NCBI GenBank assembly: GCA_965644265.1
Contig: OZ286461.1
Span: forward strand, 48,236,001 to 48,300,000
Source: Glycera tridactyla
Taxonomy: Eukaryota
Direction of reading: 5' to 3'
Length of the DNA stretch: 64,000 nucleotides
Under the pieces are notes generated by a model, which was not told the origin of the DNA, searched no databases, and worked only from the letters and a program-made list of their open reading frames with translations. This document shows positions 38,614 through 53,191 of the stretch, piece after piece. How positions within the stretch are numbered: the first letter of the stretch is position 1; the number at the start of each line of letters is the position of its first letter. Both the position numbers and the translations under genes were made by a program.

Positions 38614-41359
38614 CTGCAAACAGAAATAAAAATATCCTCATGAGAAACGAACTTTGACTGGAATCACCCAATGAAGGATTTTGTATGGATTTGAATTATG
38701 TGTCATTTTACAAGCAGGACTATGATCAATCTGCATATACAACTCCTCCAAAGGACCATTTTTGATGAGGGGGAGAGGGCAGCCCCGGGCCGTGGTGAGC
38801 TGCTATCTTTTCACTTCTGATAATCAACCACCTAGAAAAGACTGCTTTTTGATCACATTCAAGATCATCTCTCATCACAGGTTTTACTGTTCAATGTCTC
38901 AGCTGGGCTCCAAGGACTGAAATATCATTTGCAGCTCCATGCAGTTGATACCATCCTGGTACATAGTAGAGTTGAACAATAACAAGACATCATACTATTA
39001 ATGCTGATAGTGAAATGGATGAAATATAGATTCAGTATCAGGTAACCACTCTCAAATAATAAGCAGCTTGGGTTGTACCACGTGTCCTTTTCCTGATTCT
39101 GTCTATCATGCATACTGGATGAGTCAGGGAGTATTTCAGTGAGTCAACTGCATCAGTAGAAGGCTTATCTCAAAAAGAAAAGGATCAAATGATGGAAATT
39201 CTGAAGAAGGAAGTCTGATCACTCGTCTAAGACATGGCAGTCCACGCCTTTTGTATTTCTTGTTTATACAATACCACCAACTATTTGTGTAAACGTGTCA
39301 ACCTTGCACTAGTGTTATCCAACAAAATCCCAGGGATACAAGTATTTCTAGCAGCTCACACCCATTGCTGGCAATGCAATTTTTATAACTGTGGCTGTTC
39401 AAACACTCGATCACTCGGGCAAATCTATTGTATCAGCACATTTCAGTTAAAGAAACACAGAAACAAGGAGAAAAACTTTGTAGTTATATGAGACCAAATA
39501 GGCCATCCTCAGTCACAAGGACAGGTTACTTTTCAATGTCCTCTTGTAGACAGCTGCAGTCATTGCTAGGGTTGTTCTCTGCATCATTACTCGCCATCAG
39601 TAAATCACCCAGGATCTAAAGACCAAGAATGCCAACCTTTGATGACCCAAATTAGTAATGATGCCAAAGTTTAATCGTAATGATGGCAGTATTTGCAATG
39701 ATCAAATAAGGGAATCCATAGTCAGTAGGAGTAATGTTAAAATGGGCTCAAGATGAGTGATCATTACTCCATATTCGAAATTATTGGCCTCTTTACAAGA
39801 CTCCAGCCAAACTGACTGAAAGGAATTAGGCTGGAGCAAATGAAAACTGGATGATATCGTCTCAGGAGGAAGAGGGTGAAAATGTTATGCCTCTCTTCAC
39901 ATGGTTCGATTTGTCAAACAGCGTGTCCACATTGTCCAACATTCATCTTGCATGAGAGCTGGTCATGCCCAGTTTCCTGCCCAGTCAACACACTAAGCAG
40001 CAAGTTTTTGACTTGGATACCATTAGACATGCACTACTGACAACACTATTAGCACTCACGCTCTACTCTGCCACAATCCAAGCACATGCAAAATACATGG
40101 CTGACAGGGCGAAGTGAAAGAAATGGAATAGCTGACTAGCATGGGTATAAACCTCAGGTTACCCTTTCATAACAGGGTCACTGAATGTTGTATTTTCCCC
40201 AGATTTTCATTACAAAGTACTCTCTTGTTGAATAGTGACAGCAAAATTTCACATGACCAACATATCTCCAAGCACAAGCTAGTATGATCAAAAGTATTAT
40301 CACTTACTTTGTAATAATTATGAGGACGATTCATGATGTTTTGACCATTTTACAAGTGGCCTTGATCACATGATGGATGTGTGGCACTATGAATCGTCTT
40401 CAATATAATTCCAGAATAAGTGAAAATACTTTTGATCATGGATCATTTTGGAACCAAGAACAACATATTTATTCACAAGCTAGTGATATGACTTTACATG
40501 TTCCCTGACTTCTGCAAAATAAAGCACTATTATAAATTCTGAAAATTTCATTTGAAAAACGTTGGCTAATGTGAAAATTCAGAAGGGTAATCAGATAAGA
40601 AATGGTTGCCAATCAATCAGAAGGGGAACAGGAGCAGAGTTGCTGACACGAGCCAGTACCCTGCAGGAGGCCAGTTATAGTTACAATCTCTAGACAGTTT
40701 ACAAACAGACCGCTCTCGGCTGACCGCCATTGGAGCCTGAATAAGCCAGATGTGGTATCCAGCTCGCAGGTATGCCATCAATCAGACATCAGTCATGCTT
40801 CACTTGCCTCAAGTAACCATCTCGTGGAGACATCGGTATTTCCCATTTGCCCCAGTCTGCCTCATTCACTGATACTACCATCACATTGCACCCAGGTGGT
40901 CAGCGTCCATGATTGAGCCCTAATATTCCGGTACCAATACTGTCCATATCATCTCAATTGCCCCATGACCTATCTGCAATGGTCAAATTATCAAATGATA
41001 ATATTAAGATAGGAATGTTGGCCTTGATATGACATACCTCAAGACTCACATGAGATCGAGGATAGTATAAAAGCCAATTATTAAATGATTGGAGGAGATT
41101 TACTAGAAAGTGTGATGGCATTGTCCTGCAAGCATATGGTAACCACTATTGTAAAGCGGGTTTGACTTGACAGTTCATAACTGAACACATTGCTCAAGTG
41201 TACTCCAAACCTGATATTTTCCCTTGTTTCAAGTAAATGTGCTTCACTCAAAATAAAAGCATGAGCCTCTGGATTGATACATGGCATTAAACCTCCACCA
41301 ACCCAAACCAAACTTCCTGGGAAATTCTTACAGAGTGATGTTTTGCCTCAGAGGATGTA

Positions 41360-41551
41360 TAGTCAAACTTGTCCTAAGCATGAAGCCTCGGGAAGTGAAA
41401 ATATGGTGTACTTATAGCAAGTTCATGCTTAGTACAGTATTATAGTGAAAAATATATTATAGTGAAAAATACTCTGATGGGATGAACAAAAACCTGCTGC
41501 TTAAGGCAAGTGCTTGCTTAGTACAAGTCTTGCTTAAGACAAGTTTGACTG
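41360..41551 (+). mobile_element. MITE family B copy with a 17-bp internal tandem duplication
   Basis: TA|TAGTCAAACTTGTCCTAAGCA…AGACAAGTTTGACTG|TA; tattatagtgaaaaata occurs twice (41438-41471). Confidence 0.9.
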
Positions 41552-43154
41552 TAGAGGCCATAAACCTGCACATGCTGTCCAGGGGGTGGCCCAATACCAG
41601 ATATTCTGTTGTGACAGCATGCATCGGAGGCAAAAGAAATGCCAAACTTGTTGACAACTCACAGATCCAACACATACCGAGTGTTTACTCAGCTGGACAT
41701 TGCCACAAGATGTCACTGATTCCTTCCATGACCTTGGGATGAAATACAGACTAGGATGCTGGATAGGTAAGAGGGTTATGCCCAGGGGCTGGACCAAAGC
41801 ACTCATCAGATGAACAGTACCCGAAACAAATTTAGGAAATTCCAAGATGAAATGTTGTCCATCAGAACAAGTCCATTTACTCTGCTTGCCAACATCACAT
41901 GCCTAAATATTGACTCAACCTCCTGTTAAGTGCTGACCTTAACAAGTTTATCCATGTCCTGCCCTTGTTTTTACAGTCCCGTGAACTCTACACCACAACT
42001 CTGTACAGAATTCTAGCCACAGTTGAGCCATAGATGTAGGCAATGAAATGTTACTACCTGTGGGTACACAAACTTTTAAACCCGAATACCAAAAATTGAA
42101 CTTCAAGAGCCACCTGACTCCCAAATTTCACATAATTCCCAATTTACTCACCACCTACTGGCTATAAGAATTCAGATTTGGCTTCTAGAAGTTGCCTGAC
42201 AGGGGCCAGCCTGGCTTAGGGACATCCTGGCCAATACCAAGCTCCATTATTAAAGTACTTTCCTGTTGTAGTAATGTGAAGATTTAATATCCAAATTTGT
42301 CATTAGCTGGATCATAAGGCACTGGGTCTGAGGATGAGATGTGAACACCTATCTTAGTATGATGAAGTTTGTCTTCTTCAAGAGGCTATACAGCAGGTCA
42401 GGCAATTGGGATGATCCATCAAGAGATCATGAATCATAATCAAAGATGGTCGACTCCACAAAGATGACACATGCAGTGTCTATTCACCACACCAATTTCA
42501 CCAACATACCATGGAGTAGGTGAGTCAGTCTTGCACAAAAGCAGCTCATCCACTGGTTGATGTGTAGAGCTGAGGGTACTAATTATCTCCACAAATTCCT
42601 AACAACCTGCCAGACATGGGTGGGAATAAAATCATACTTTGCAAGGAGGAGTTGAAATACATCAAATAATCCTTCACAATCACCCAACTCTATAAATGAA
42701 GACCTATGTTTGTGACTGGTCAATGACAAATTCTTGTACTCATTTCTTTTTCATAAGGCACAATTGAATGTGTTTTTTGTCAAAAGTAAATTAATACCTT
42801 GCTTCTCTGTGGCGCCCCAACTAGAATGATACATCTAAACTTCTGATAATTATCTACAATTAGTTATCAAATGATCATCAAAATAATTCAGGAGCAGTAA
42901 CCAGTAAAACATGCTAAAAATATGGCCTTCATGTGATAAAAATGAAGCTTACCTGAGTCAATGACTGGTACTTAGGTGCTACTCAAATACAGTCAAACCT
43001 TACTATAAAAGCCAGCATTGGTCATATGGAAAATCATCTGTGTAGGCATGGGGGGGGGGGGACCTCTATGAAGATACTTTATGCAAACAGCAACAATAGT
43101 TGCTTCAGAAAAGTGGCCTTTCGTCGTCACAGGTGGCAGTGATAGAGAGGTAGC

Positions 43155-43155
<1 letters not shown>

Positions 43156-43213
<58 letters not shown>
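43156..43213. repeat. C58 homopolymer (other G/C runs e.g. 6396-6416, 43050-43061, 43286-43308)
   Basis: Read directly; exact homopolymer lengths are prone to sequencing error. Confidence 0.8.
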
Positions 43214-43215
<2 letters not shown>

Positions 43216-43921
43216 TCTAAAATACAGTAATAGAGAGGTAAAGCATGTTCGACATTAAATGAGTTATACTTGCCTTAAATAAGGAGGGGGGGGGGGGGGG
43301 GGGGGGGGAGTCATCATATATTCACCAAACAAATTTTAAACTCCTGGCAGCAATGACTAGACTATGACACATTTAGTCAATCAGCCACATCAGAAAGCTC
43401 AACTCGCTGTACTTTGAAATAGTCAGTATATTCATTTATGTAAATAAATATAGCTTGTTCTCCATTATACTTGTAATTCAGAGTGAGATGTTGCATCATT
43501 CCCATTGCTGTCGCAGCATAATAGGGTAGGAGTCGGCACAGACAAGCAGCTTGTCTGTGCCGGGACTTTCATCTTGGGCCGCTAATGGCGAATAACTGAT
43601 GGTGATTCTTGATGTCTGGCACAGGTAACTCCCAATGAGTTTGGTGCTGCCACCAGTCAGAAAGACCATAGTCAGTTCGTTTCAAGACGACCTGTGTCTC
43701 CATCAACTTTCGATGAAGACTTGGATCATCTCAAATTGGATGGATTATAGCTCATGCCTTCATTTGTGAATGATATTGCAGGATTCTCAGGAATGAAATA
43801 CCATATGTGCCTGGCTCTTGAAATGGTCCACACCACATTTATTGCCTCTTCAGCAATATGGTATTGCAATCACTCAGTACATTTATTTATGGTGTGGAAG
43901 TCTTAATATCATACCGAGCAC

Positions 43922-43922
<1 letters not shown>

Positions 43923-43974
<52 letters not shown>
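43923..43974. repeat. (CTGT)n microsatellite
   Basis: Read directly. Confidence 0.95.
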
Positions 43975-43975
<1 letters not shown>

Positions 43976-44830
43976 CAAATGAATTACTATTACTTCTTCA
44001 TACCACCTTTAAGTGTGACCAACTTCGAAGGCTGAATGTCAATCTTGTGTTCATAGTATTAGAATAACTGAGATCATTTCCAGGAAATTAATTTGTGAGT
44101 CACAGTAACAGAGCGACATCCACTTGTACAGTTGCTCTGAGGCAATCAGTCTGGATGTCAAAGAAAGAAAGTTGAGTGGAAACTTCATTGAGGACCTATC
44201 TGGGGCTGAGCACGAAAGAGAAAATGGAATTCTTTAATGGGAAATGAATATAGAACGGAAATGGTCCCTGAAATGGAGGCTCTCATCAGGGGTTTGTCAA
44301 TAAGGGCTTTCACCATATTCTGCAGAAATCCAATCAAATATTGAATTGACATGTGGCATGGTAAACCTTGCAGTGATATGCAATATATGCAGCCTTCAAG
44401 AAAATGGCTGTCATGTATATGCAATATATGCAGACTTCAAGAAAATGGCTGTCATGTGCCAGTATATAAGAAATCCTATAAGTAGCATGCATATCGTGCT
44501 GTTTCATGCATGGACATTTTCCCATGCTTACATTAGACTCAGGTTAAGTTCAAATCCATATTGACTTAGTCTTGTTTGTCACCTCTGTTTACTCAGTTAG
44601 AATCCATATAATTTGAGCATGATAAACAATGGGAAATATGATATCTGAAAAGATGATGATAAAGCTGCAGACATTCAACCCATGATATAGGCAGCCCATC
44701 AAGCAGGCTGTTTCAGGAGATACAGTCCCTTTAATTTTTTTCATATTTTGAGTTTGAAAACATTTTGCAACTGCATTCCGAACTTGCACATACCTCATAG
44801 TACAGCTCTATATTAATTGATTAAGACATA

Positions 44831-44933
44831 CAGTCTAACCTGTCCAAGGCAGCCACTGTACTAAGCAGCCACCTGCCATTAGCAGCCACTTTTTGCCTTC
44901 CCGAAGGATGGCTGCTTAGGACAGGTTTGACTG
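44831..44933. mobile_element. Short CAGT…ACTG MITE, 103 bp
   Basis: TA|CAGTCTAACCTGTCC…GGACAGGTTTGACTG|TA with GCAGCCAC repeats. Confidence 0.85.
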
Positions 44934-45442
44934 TAGTTTGAAAATTGTCTCAGGCTGGAAGTAGGATGGGATCCTTTGCTCTAATTTGCTGATCATGGCA
45001 TTGACTTCAATCAATTTCACCTGTTCAACACACAGATGTAATTGGCTTGCAACAACTTTTCATTTTTCCACCAACTTCATATGCAACCCCTCAGAATTAT
45101 CAACATAACTAGGCCTTGCACTAAATGACTCCCAATGCTTTTCATCCATGGAGATGAAGCAAATCCTGTTCAAGTCTAAGCTGCTAATAAAACCACCCAG
45201 CGGTTTATGACTGTGCTATGCTATCCTGATGAATACAATATCATTGCCATGTTTATTGAGGCAATAACAAGTTTTCTGAGCATAAATGGCATGGTTGGCA
45301 GACTGGCTGGAATCTCAAACCTCATCACTGTACAAAACATTACCACATTTTGGATGTGCAGATGACATGTATACATGTGCTGCTAATGAAATTTTGACAA
45401 AATAGACCAACATGCAATAGTCTGAGATGGAATTTCCCGAAA

Positions 45443-45619
45443 CAGTGAAACCTCTTTTGAGAGACCCTTATTTTGAGAGACTGCCTTCTTTTGAGAGACT
45501 GCTTATCATAGGTTAGTTTCCATCCAGCATAGTCAAATATACCTCCCAGGAAAACCATCTCTCTTAACAGACTGCTTGTGGTTGGCATTTGGGCAGGTAT
45601 CCTAAGAGGGGTTTCACTG
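45443..45619. mobile_element. CAGT…ACTG MITE, 177 bp
   Basis: CAGTGAAACCTCTT…AAGAGGGGTTTCACTG|TA; left flank is AA rather than TA; TTTGAGAGAC repeated three times. Confidence 0.8.
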
Positions 45620-46504
45620 TAATAGGAAAATATCCCGAAAATAATTCTGACTTTATGAGCGCTTATCGAAAATCCATATTTCTGATGTCCATTTTAGATG
45701 TCCAGACTCTTTGCTGAGCCTTTTGGACATCAGTTATTTTTTGACAGGTGGCACTATGGCACTCAGAAGCAGAGAATATTTCAGTATTCATATTGTAAGT
45801 TGAGATCTTCAAGGAGTAGTGGGTCTATCAGTGATTTTACACGAAAGATGCTTCCTTTCAGGAACATGTGTCAGCACAACCCAGAAAGAAGGTGAACTGT
45901 CTCAAGAAGGGAAGGATGTTTTGTATGCGATTCAAACTCAGCTAGGGCAGGAGCAAGAAGAAAGTGTCAGACCAGAGTAGGGTAATTATGTTCACTATTT
46001 GCAGTTTTATCTACATCCCGGGGTGAGGTATCAGCCCGTGAAGCATCACTTTCAACACCTAACAATTCTGCTCCTTCCAAAGATAGCAGACACATGCTGG
46101 GTGCTGGACTCTAAATTGCCTTCAAGAATTTACCCGGCTGAATTCTGAGATGAAAATTAGTTGGCAAATTGGCAGCACTTTTATTAGGGTGTACATAACT
46201 GACTTCACCCTCCTAGACATATATATTATCTTGAATAATTATCTTTCTTGGCACAGATTTCACAGTTTTGAATCTTTATTTCTGTGACAGCTCTGTAGAT
46301 GCTGACCTTCCCACGGCTAGCCATCAGGTCCTATTGACAATAACTATCATTCTGAGATCAAATCTATTGCTATCCTGTCAACAAATCGACAACAGAATTA
46401 CCGGCCAATGCCACCAAATGGATCAGGGTAGACCATGAAAGCTTCACTTCAATCATGTATGCATTCTGCTGCAAAAATGATCTACGGTTTCCCACGTATG
46501 TGTA

Positions 46505-46680
46505 GAGTTGAAGCTGCTTCCGAGACCACTTCTCTATAAAGGCCACCTGCCTACAGAGGCCACCCTGAGCCGTAACCATGATAGTAATTTCAAAGTGAAC
46601 AACCTCTCTACAAGGGCCACCTGCCTTCATAGACCACTTTCCAATACAATCGAGGGTGATTTTTCAGACCAGTCCAACTG
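46505..46680 (-). mobile_element. Diverged MITE family A copy, 176 bp
   Basis: TA|GAGTTGAA…TCCAACTG|TA; internal AAAGGCCACCTGCC and GAGC(C/T)G motifs collinear with 57950-58126. Confidence 0.7.
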
Positions 46681-49459
46681 TAAAACAGTTATTTGGATTC
46701 TCCATCTCATTGCATATTTTGTGCTTCTTTGACAGTCCCGAATCTGGGATGATCATGGGAAATTCCAACCTTGCGTATCCTTCATTGAGATAGCAACAAT
46801 GAATCTCTCCTTCGCTTCTCGTAAATTTGGCCAATTTGATCAACGGAGATGCTGCTGTCAAAGACATGCACCACTGTTTCTCAAAACATGAAAAGGGCTC
46901 TCTTCATCGGTTACATGATATCTTCAATTTAGCTAATTTGAGGCACCCTGATGGGACATTTTCCTGATAGCATCAATGCAATTGAGGCAGAGACAAGTGA
47001 TTGTTGGGCATGGTGATTCAGAACCGGGTCCATCATTGTATCCAATGACATCTCTCAGTAAAAATTATCTACTTTTGAAAAGTTCCCAAGTTCCAAACTG
47101 ATGTTGACAAAAAACAACAAAATGGGCATTAAAAGCTTCACTGAGCACACAAGACAGCCTGCTTCTACACAAGTCCAGGCAGTAGGTACCATGCTTGAGA
47201 TCCAGGCTCTTGATAATCCATAACAAGAATTAAGAAATTCAAGGATTTATAAGAATGAAATTTTATTCATTCCTATGACGTATCATGAAACCTTGTTTTA
47301 TTCTAATAGCCTAAAATTCCATAGCATTGAGTGTTTGAGCAGTAAAATTGATGCCTAATGCAGTTGTTACTTAATACAGGTTCGATTCTGCAAAGAAACT
47401 AACAGAGCAATCCATCATCTTGTGAACCCTGGAGAACTGGATAACTCAGAAAATTGAGAAAACTTCCTAAATTCATGAGAGCAACCATAGACCAAAGTCA
47501 CTCCTAGTATAAACAATGTATAAAAATGGCATAGCAAAGTCATCCCTGTTATTGCTTTCTTAGTAGGAATGACATTCTTTACTGAGGGGAAAGCATTAGC
47601 ATTTTTTCCCTAAATATGTGAGTCAACACTTGTGGTTCAGTGGTTTCCACTTTGATGTGACCTATAAATAGTAAGACAAAAGCCTAATTCCAACATCCAT
47701 CCATCCAGTCTCCGAAATCCATCCATCCAGTCTCCTGTTTGACTAATTGAAATCTCAGCCAATTATATGATGAATTCAAAGCACATAGAGCATCAATTGC
47801 AAAAGGAAATCACTATGAATTATTGTGCTATGTATTGGCAAAATAGGCAACTGGGGAAACTGGAAACATGCGCATCTTTATCTTGAAAAGCAGAATTTAG
47901 AGCTATGAACAGGTTTTTGCATTCTATTTATAAAGGACATAATGGAAGCAGGCAAATTATGAATGGAAAATTACAGATGATAATTTTGGGTATTGTGAAA
48001 GCTCAAAATACAAGATGGCTCCATGGAAACGGTAACCAGCCTCTGTCTATTTCTTATCTTTTTCATGATGGTGTGAGACACTCGGCAACACCTTGTACAC
48101 CTGCTGCACACAGAAACACTAGAAAATCGGTTCTGCTTGTTCAGTCCTGTTTTATGACGGGGTTCTACAAGATGACCTTTGACTCTCTCCAGAGGGCATA
48201 CAGGTGCACTGCAGCACCTTGAACAGAAACAACATGATTGCAAACAATGCTGACCCACTCAGCTCTTGGCAGGTGGCTGCCAAACCATGTAATGTCTGCA
48301 AAACAACCTGCAACCACTGCTTTGAAATGTTGGGAGTTTACAGTTATTTACCACAATATCAATGCTGCTCCAGGCAAAACACCACAGTCAATATCTCTAC
48401 TTTGACATGCAGCAGATGAAAATGTTATTGTGCTGGTCATTCAGGAAATATGGGACAAAATGGATGTTATGCCATCAAATTTGCAATTTTTCCTCACACT
48501 GCCATAAATCATTTCTTGTTTGTCATCAATTTTTGTGATTTTAGGACTAACGATTTCTCACAACCCTTAATAATTATGTTCATACAAAAGCTACCAATAT
48601 CTGCAGCAACTTTATGTCTATACAAGCAGATTCTGCAATGAGCATGCCTGTGATGAGAAAACGCTTGGCTGGATCTTTGAAAAAGGTAGTATCGCTTTCA
48701 CCACTGAATTAGGAAAGTTGTCCAGTTTCTCACTTTGCTTGTTTCACTGCAGTTTGAATGACTCAACAAAGATGATAGGAAATGTAAAAATCTGTCTCAG
48801 TTGTAGGTGTGAATACACTGATACCCAAAAGCCTAGGTGACAAAGCAGACCATGCTGCAGGTCTTACTCATTATACAAAATCCTGGAACTCATCCGGGAA
48901 TTTCCCTGCGATGAAGAAGGATCCCAGGGATTTGTAATCAGTCAAGAAAACTATCCCCACTTTCCACACAATGATTTGTATAGGCTGCTCACCCCACACA
49001 CCACTGCTTCCCCTTAAGCGCTCCCTCCAAAAGGATGTAGAGTGACCAGGAAACACAATGGACAGTCATCTCAGGTAAATATATCAATTTCCCCAGGTGT
49101 GAGTGTTCCGGGTTCCCGAGTTACAATTGATCATGAGGTGGAATAAGTTCACACCATTTAAGGATACTCACTCAGGCATATGTTAGAATTGCCACATTTC
49201 ACTCATAAAATTTATACTTCAATCCTCTACAACCCACAAGTGGAGATCAATTATGAAACCACATCGAAAAACGAATTTCCTATGTGTGGGTAATAGCTGA
49301 GGCAATGGCAGGCAAGAAAATAGGGGACACATGTTAAGAATGAGACATATGAAACTACTGAATAGATATTTCTCAAACAGTAATGCAGTGCATTTTCCCA
49401 AATTTGGGCATGCCTCAATGCCTGCAAATATATGAGAGCTCCACTTTTAAGGACTTATT

Positions 49460-49610
49460 CAGTCAAACCTGCACTAAAGACCACCTCTATAAAGGTGAAC
49501 CTGAGCTGCAACCATATTTTCAACAATAAATGATCTCTATAAAGACCACCTGTCTATAAAGGCCACTTTTTTATGCAACTGAAAGCAGTATTAATAGACA
49601 GGTTCAACTG
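49460..49610 (-). mobile_element. MITE family A copy with internal deletion
   Basis: CAGTCAAACCTG…CAGGTTCAACTG|TA; AAAGACCACC repeats. Confidence 0.8.
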
Positions 49611-52284
49611 TACAATAGTTTCCTGGATATAGTGATGTATCAACATGGCAGCTTAATGAATGACCTTGAGATGGGTCAAGCTAACAGGAAGTGAGTCATG
49701 ACTGGTGGGACATGGTCCACTTCCTGTGTGATCTCCAACCTTTCTAACACCCCCACATGCCCTGACCACAGGCCGGTCCATTGTAAGGCCATCACCAATC
49801 AGCTCAAGCAATACAGGATCCTCGAGCATGGCTTATTTACTGTGTGCTCCCAGCTGCCAAAAAACAGTAGAGAATATTGGACCCAAGTCTGAGCATAACC
49901 TGGAATAATGCCAAAAATACATCATTCAATTATTACTCTGATATTCTTATGAGATATATCAGAATTTTGATGAACGTAGTTCGAAAGCAGCATTTCCCGA
50001 TAGTCTTGGCAAGTTGCACTGAAGACTGTTCAACTTTCATCGTGGTGCATTAAATTTACCATTTGTCTGAGAATATAACCATGACACTTCTTCATCTGCA
50101 GCTAATATTATGTTGTCCATAATGGATTTTGAGAAGTCGCAACTTTGCCAAATTGGCCAGTGAATGAATGACAGTAATGGTAATCTTGCCAATGTTCTGA
50201 CCTATGGTATAAGTGAATAGTTGCGGCACCTGAAAGGAACTGGACCAACAGAAAATAATCCTACACTATTTCGTTAGACTCTCTGGGCATTCAATCAGGT
50301 GAATTTTGCATAATGCCCTCCACATCCAATGTAATCAAATGTCATTATTTTTCAATATATTTCTAATCCCCTTCATCACCACCACCTTTTGCCCATAGGC
50401 CACTTCTGGAACACTTAACAATGTTCCGAGGCGGAAATAGTCAAAGTTCATCCTTTAAATAACTGATAAGACCAAAAAGGAGAAAAGATTATTTATACAT
50501 GGGTATCCATTGTTTGGCTACTTCTGAAGGCCAAGATTTCAAAGTGAGCACGAGCAATGCCCAAAATGTAGAATATTTAAAGGATAAGTACACCGAGTAT
50601 GATGAAAATCAGAGTCTCGTCTTCACCTCTGGTTTACTTTTCAGATTGTCAATGGAGGGAGGGATAATTTTAAATTGATGGGAAAAGATAAATTGAGAAT
50701 ATACATAATAAAGGGTCAATCAGTGGCATCAAATGTTCAAACGTTCGGGCAAACTACAATCAGACTGAAGTACCAGTATGAGCCTACTTGGACAGCCAAA
50801 AGAACAGCCACTAATCCTGCCACCCAAATAATATTGAGGAGATTATAATAATAATTAACAATGGTTCACCGGCTGGCTTTTGGACTACTTGAGTTACCAT
50901 TGTAGTCACGGGTTTGGTGGAAACAAGTCACCAGAAGTTGACCATGCTGATTTCAGGAGATGTGAGCATAATAGAGTTTCATGACACAAATAGGAGATTG
51001 GATGAAACTTTGTTTCACTATACACCATTGAAATGTACAAATTACATGATTTTGAGAAATCATACGATTTCTTGTGGATTTGAACTTAGAACCTTAGGAT
51101 ATTCTCCTTCTGACAGAAGTTTTCTTGGTTTTATCGTTGCATAGCTAATTGATTTCATCAACTTCTTATCCTGGCTGAATTTCGACAATGATTCCTGCAA
51201 TTCAAGCTGACTGAACTCCGTCAGAATAAGAAATAAACAAATCAGAAATCACAGCCTCAGATTCGACCTTCAAAATGTTAGCATGACAGTCTTAGTTGGT
51301 TTGGAATATCCACTCATCAATCATAAGAATGCTACTGATTCCTTCTTCTGATACAGTAAACTCTTCTACATGTATGAAATGGTCAGATGAGGAGAGTTCA
51401 GCTTGTAATAAGAAATGCCAGTCATTGAATCTGAAGTAGTCTTCAGGGCAAAATAAAATGTCCGAGCCAGGTATAGGAACACTAATAAAGTCAGGTATTA
51501 GTCGAGCCCTGAGGTCATGACAAGTGGGAAAAGACAAGGTCAATAGAGGGCTTAGCAACACTACTCAGGCATGGCCAATAACCTGCTGTTAAGTCAGGCT
51601 TAACCCTCCTATATCCACCTTAATTGCTGCCTACATGCAGATTAGTGATTTCCCCCGTATTATCTGGTGTACTTTGAGCAATCTCAGCCTAAACAAGGTA
51701 CGAGAATGGAGATGAACAATCTGGACTTCAACAGGTAAAGTTGCCTACAACTTGCTCAAAACGAGAGTGAAGACTGAATTTACTCAAATTATAAACTTGA
51801 GGATAAGTAGAGAGAAAACACTATAGTCGAAGGGATGTTGACCATTTCATTTGAAGACACTCCAGAGGCTACCTCTATACAAAGACCACCTCCCAACAAA
51901 GGCCACTTCATGCCACTGTGGTAGTGGATTACTCTATAAACAACCTTCATACAAATGCCACCTGTCAACAAAGACTATGTTTTCACATGGGCAAGGGTGG
52001 CCTTTGTGATCAGGTTTGAGTTTACTTATAACTGAGTTGAGAGAGGTAACCAGAAAGTTACATTACCCTTCCATACACATTTCTTTCACAATTATAAAGA
52101 ATAATTCATCATGGTATCAAAATAGATATAAATATTGAGGAGAAAACAGAGACGGAAATGCAAAAACAAATGCTCCATCTAATTGACTGATAAATGATTT
52201 GATTCCACTTGCAATATTCACCCATCATACAGGTCCTTTCCAAGATGACAACCAAACGACAATTATCATCAATATAATCATTAT

Positions 52285-52705
52285 TAAGGCTGGGACGATT
52301 CACCGAAATTTCGATAATATCGATCGTTTGCAAAAGAAACAATCATTTCGAAACTAGGAGGAGTGTTTCGAAGTGTTCCGAAATACAAAGAAACATGGCT
52401 GATGAGTACTCACAAATGCCAATAAATACAGAAAATGCACCTTGTTTTAAAAAACCCATTGCGGAGAGCCCGAATGATGGAGATTTGATGAACTTCTTAC
52501 TAGAAATGCCTTTATATTCGATAGTAATTGGCAGTATTTCAAGGCCACCAAAATATGGGTGGCTTTCTCATGTCACTTGCAACTGGGAGGACCATGCCAG
52601 ACTCCTGAAAGAGGGTTGCATGGCATTTCGTTTCGTCATTCATTTCATGAGGTGTATTTCTAGAAATGTTTCATATCGTGACCGAAGCGTTTCGTCCCAG
52701 CCCTA
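52285..52705. mobile_element. hAT-type non-autonomous element, 421 bp, 8-bp TSD
   Basis: TIR TAAGGCTGGGACGA…TCGTCCCAGCCCTA (1 mismatch); perfect TSD ATCATTAT (52277-52284 and 52706-52713); subterminal CGAAA/TTTCG repeats; CpGs retained. Confidence 0.93.
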
Positions 52706-53191
52706 ATCATTATTACCACCATAATCATGACACACCTCTGAGAGAAGGGAGTTTCACCAGTCAGACAGCCTCAAGCTATATCATCCAACAAGACAAGGGT
52801 TAAAGACCAAGCTCACTTGGGAGAATAAGACTGATTGTTCAAGCATGGGTGAGCAAATCTGGGACTAAGCAAGGCAGAATTACAAACTCGGGTCTCAATC
52901 AATGCAAACATCAAAGTCGGTATTCACTGAAAGATGACTAGAAAGAAACTGGAGATCATGCTCCAAGCAGCCTGCATACCCGCCATGTCTCAAATGAAAC
53001 TCAACTCCCATGTTAAACCTACTCCTTTGAAGTGCTGCATAGTCATTTTAAGGAGACTTCATTCTACATGAGTGGAAGTGACTACAATAGGAGAGATGGG
53101 CCGGAGATCAAGGTTGGTCATGATTGGCTAAAAGAGACCAAATGACTATAATCATTGATCACAACTATCCAGTAATGATAGTCAGATCACT

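Noticed and set aside
51086-51106. Minus-strand ENILRF resembling the start of the next USP54 exon (EN.L.RIH)
   Set aside because: Immediately followed by TAA and located upstream of both true exons.
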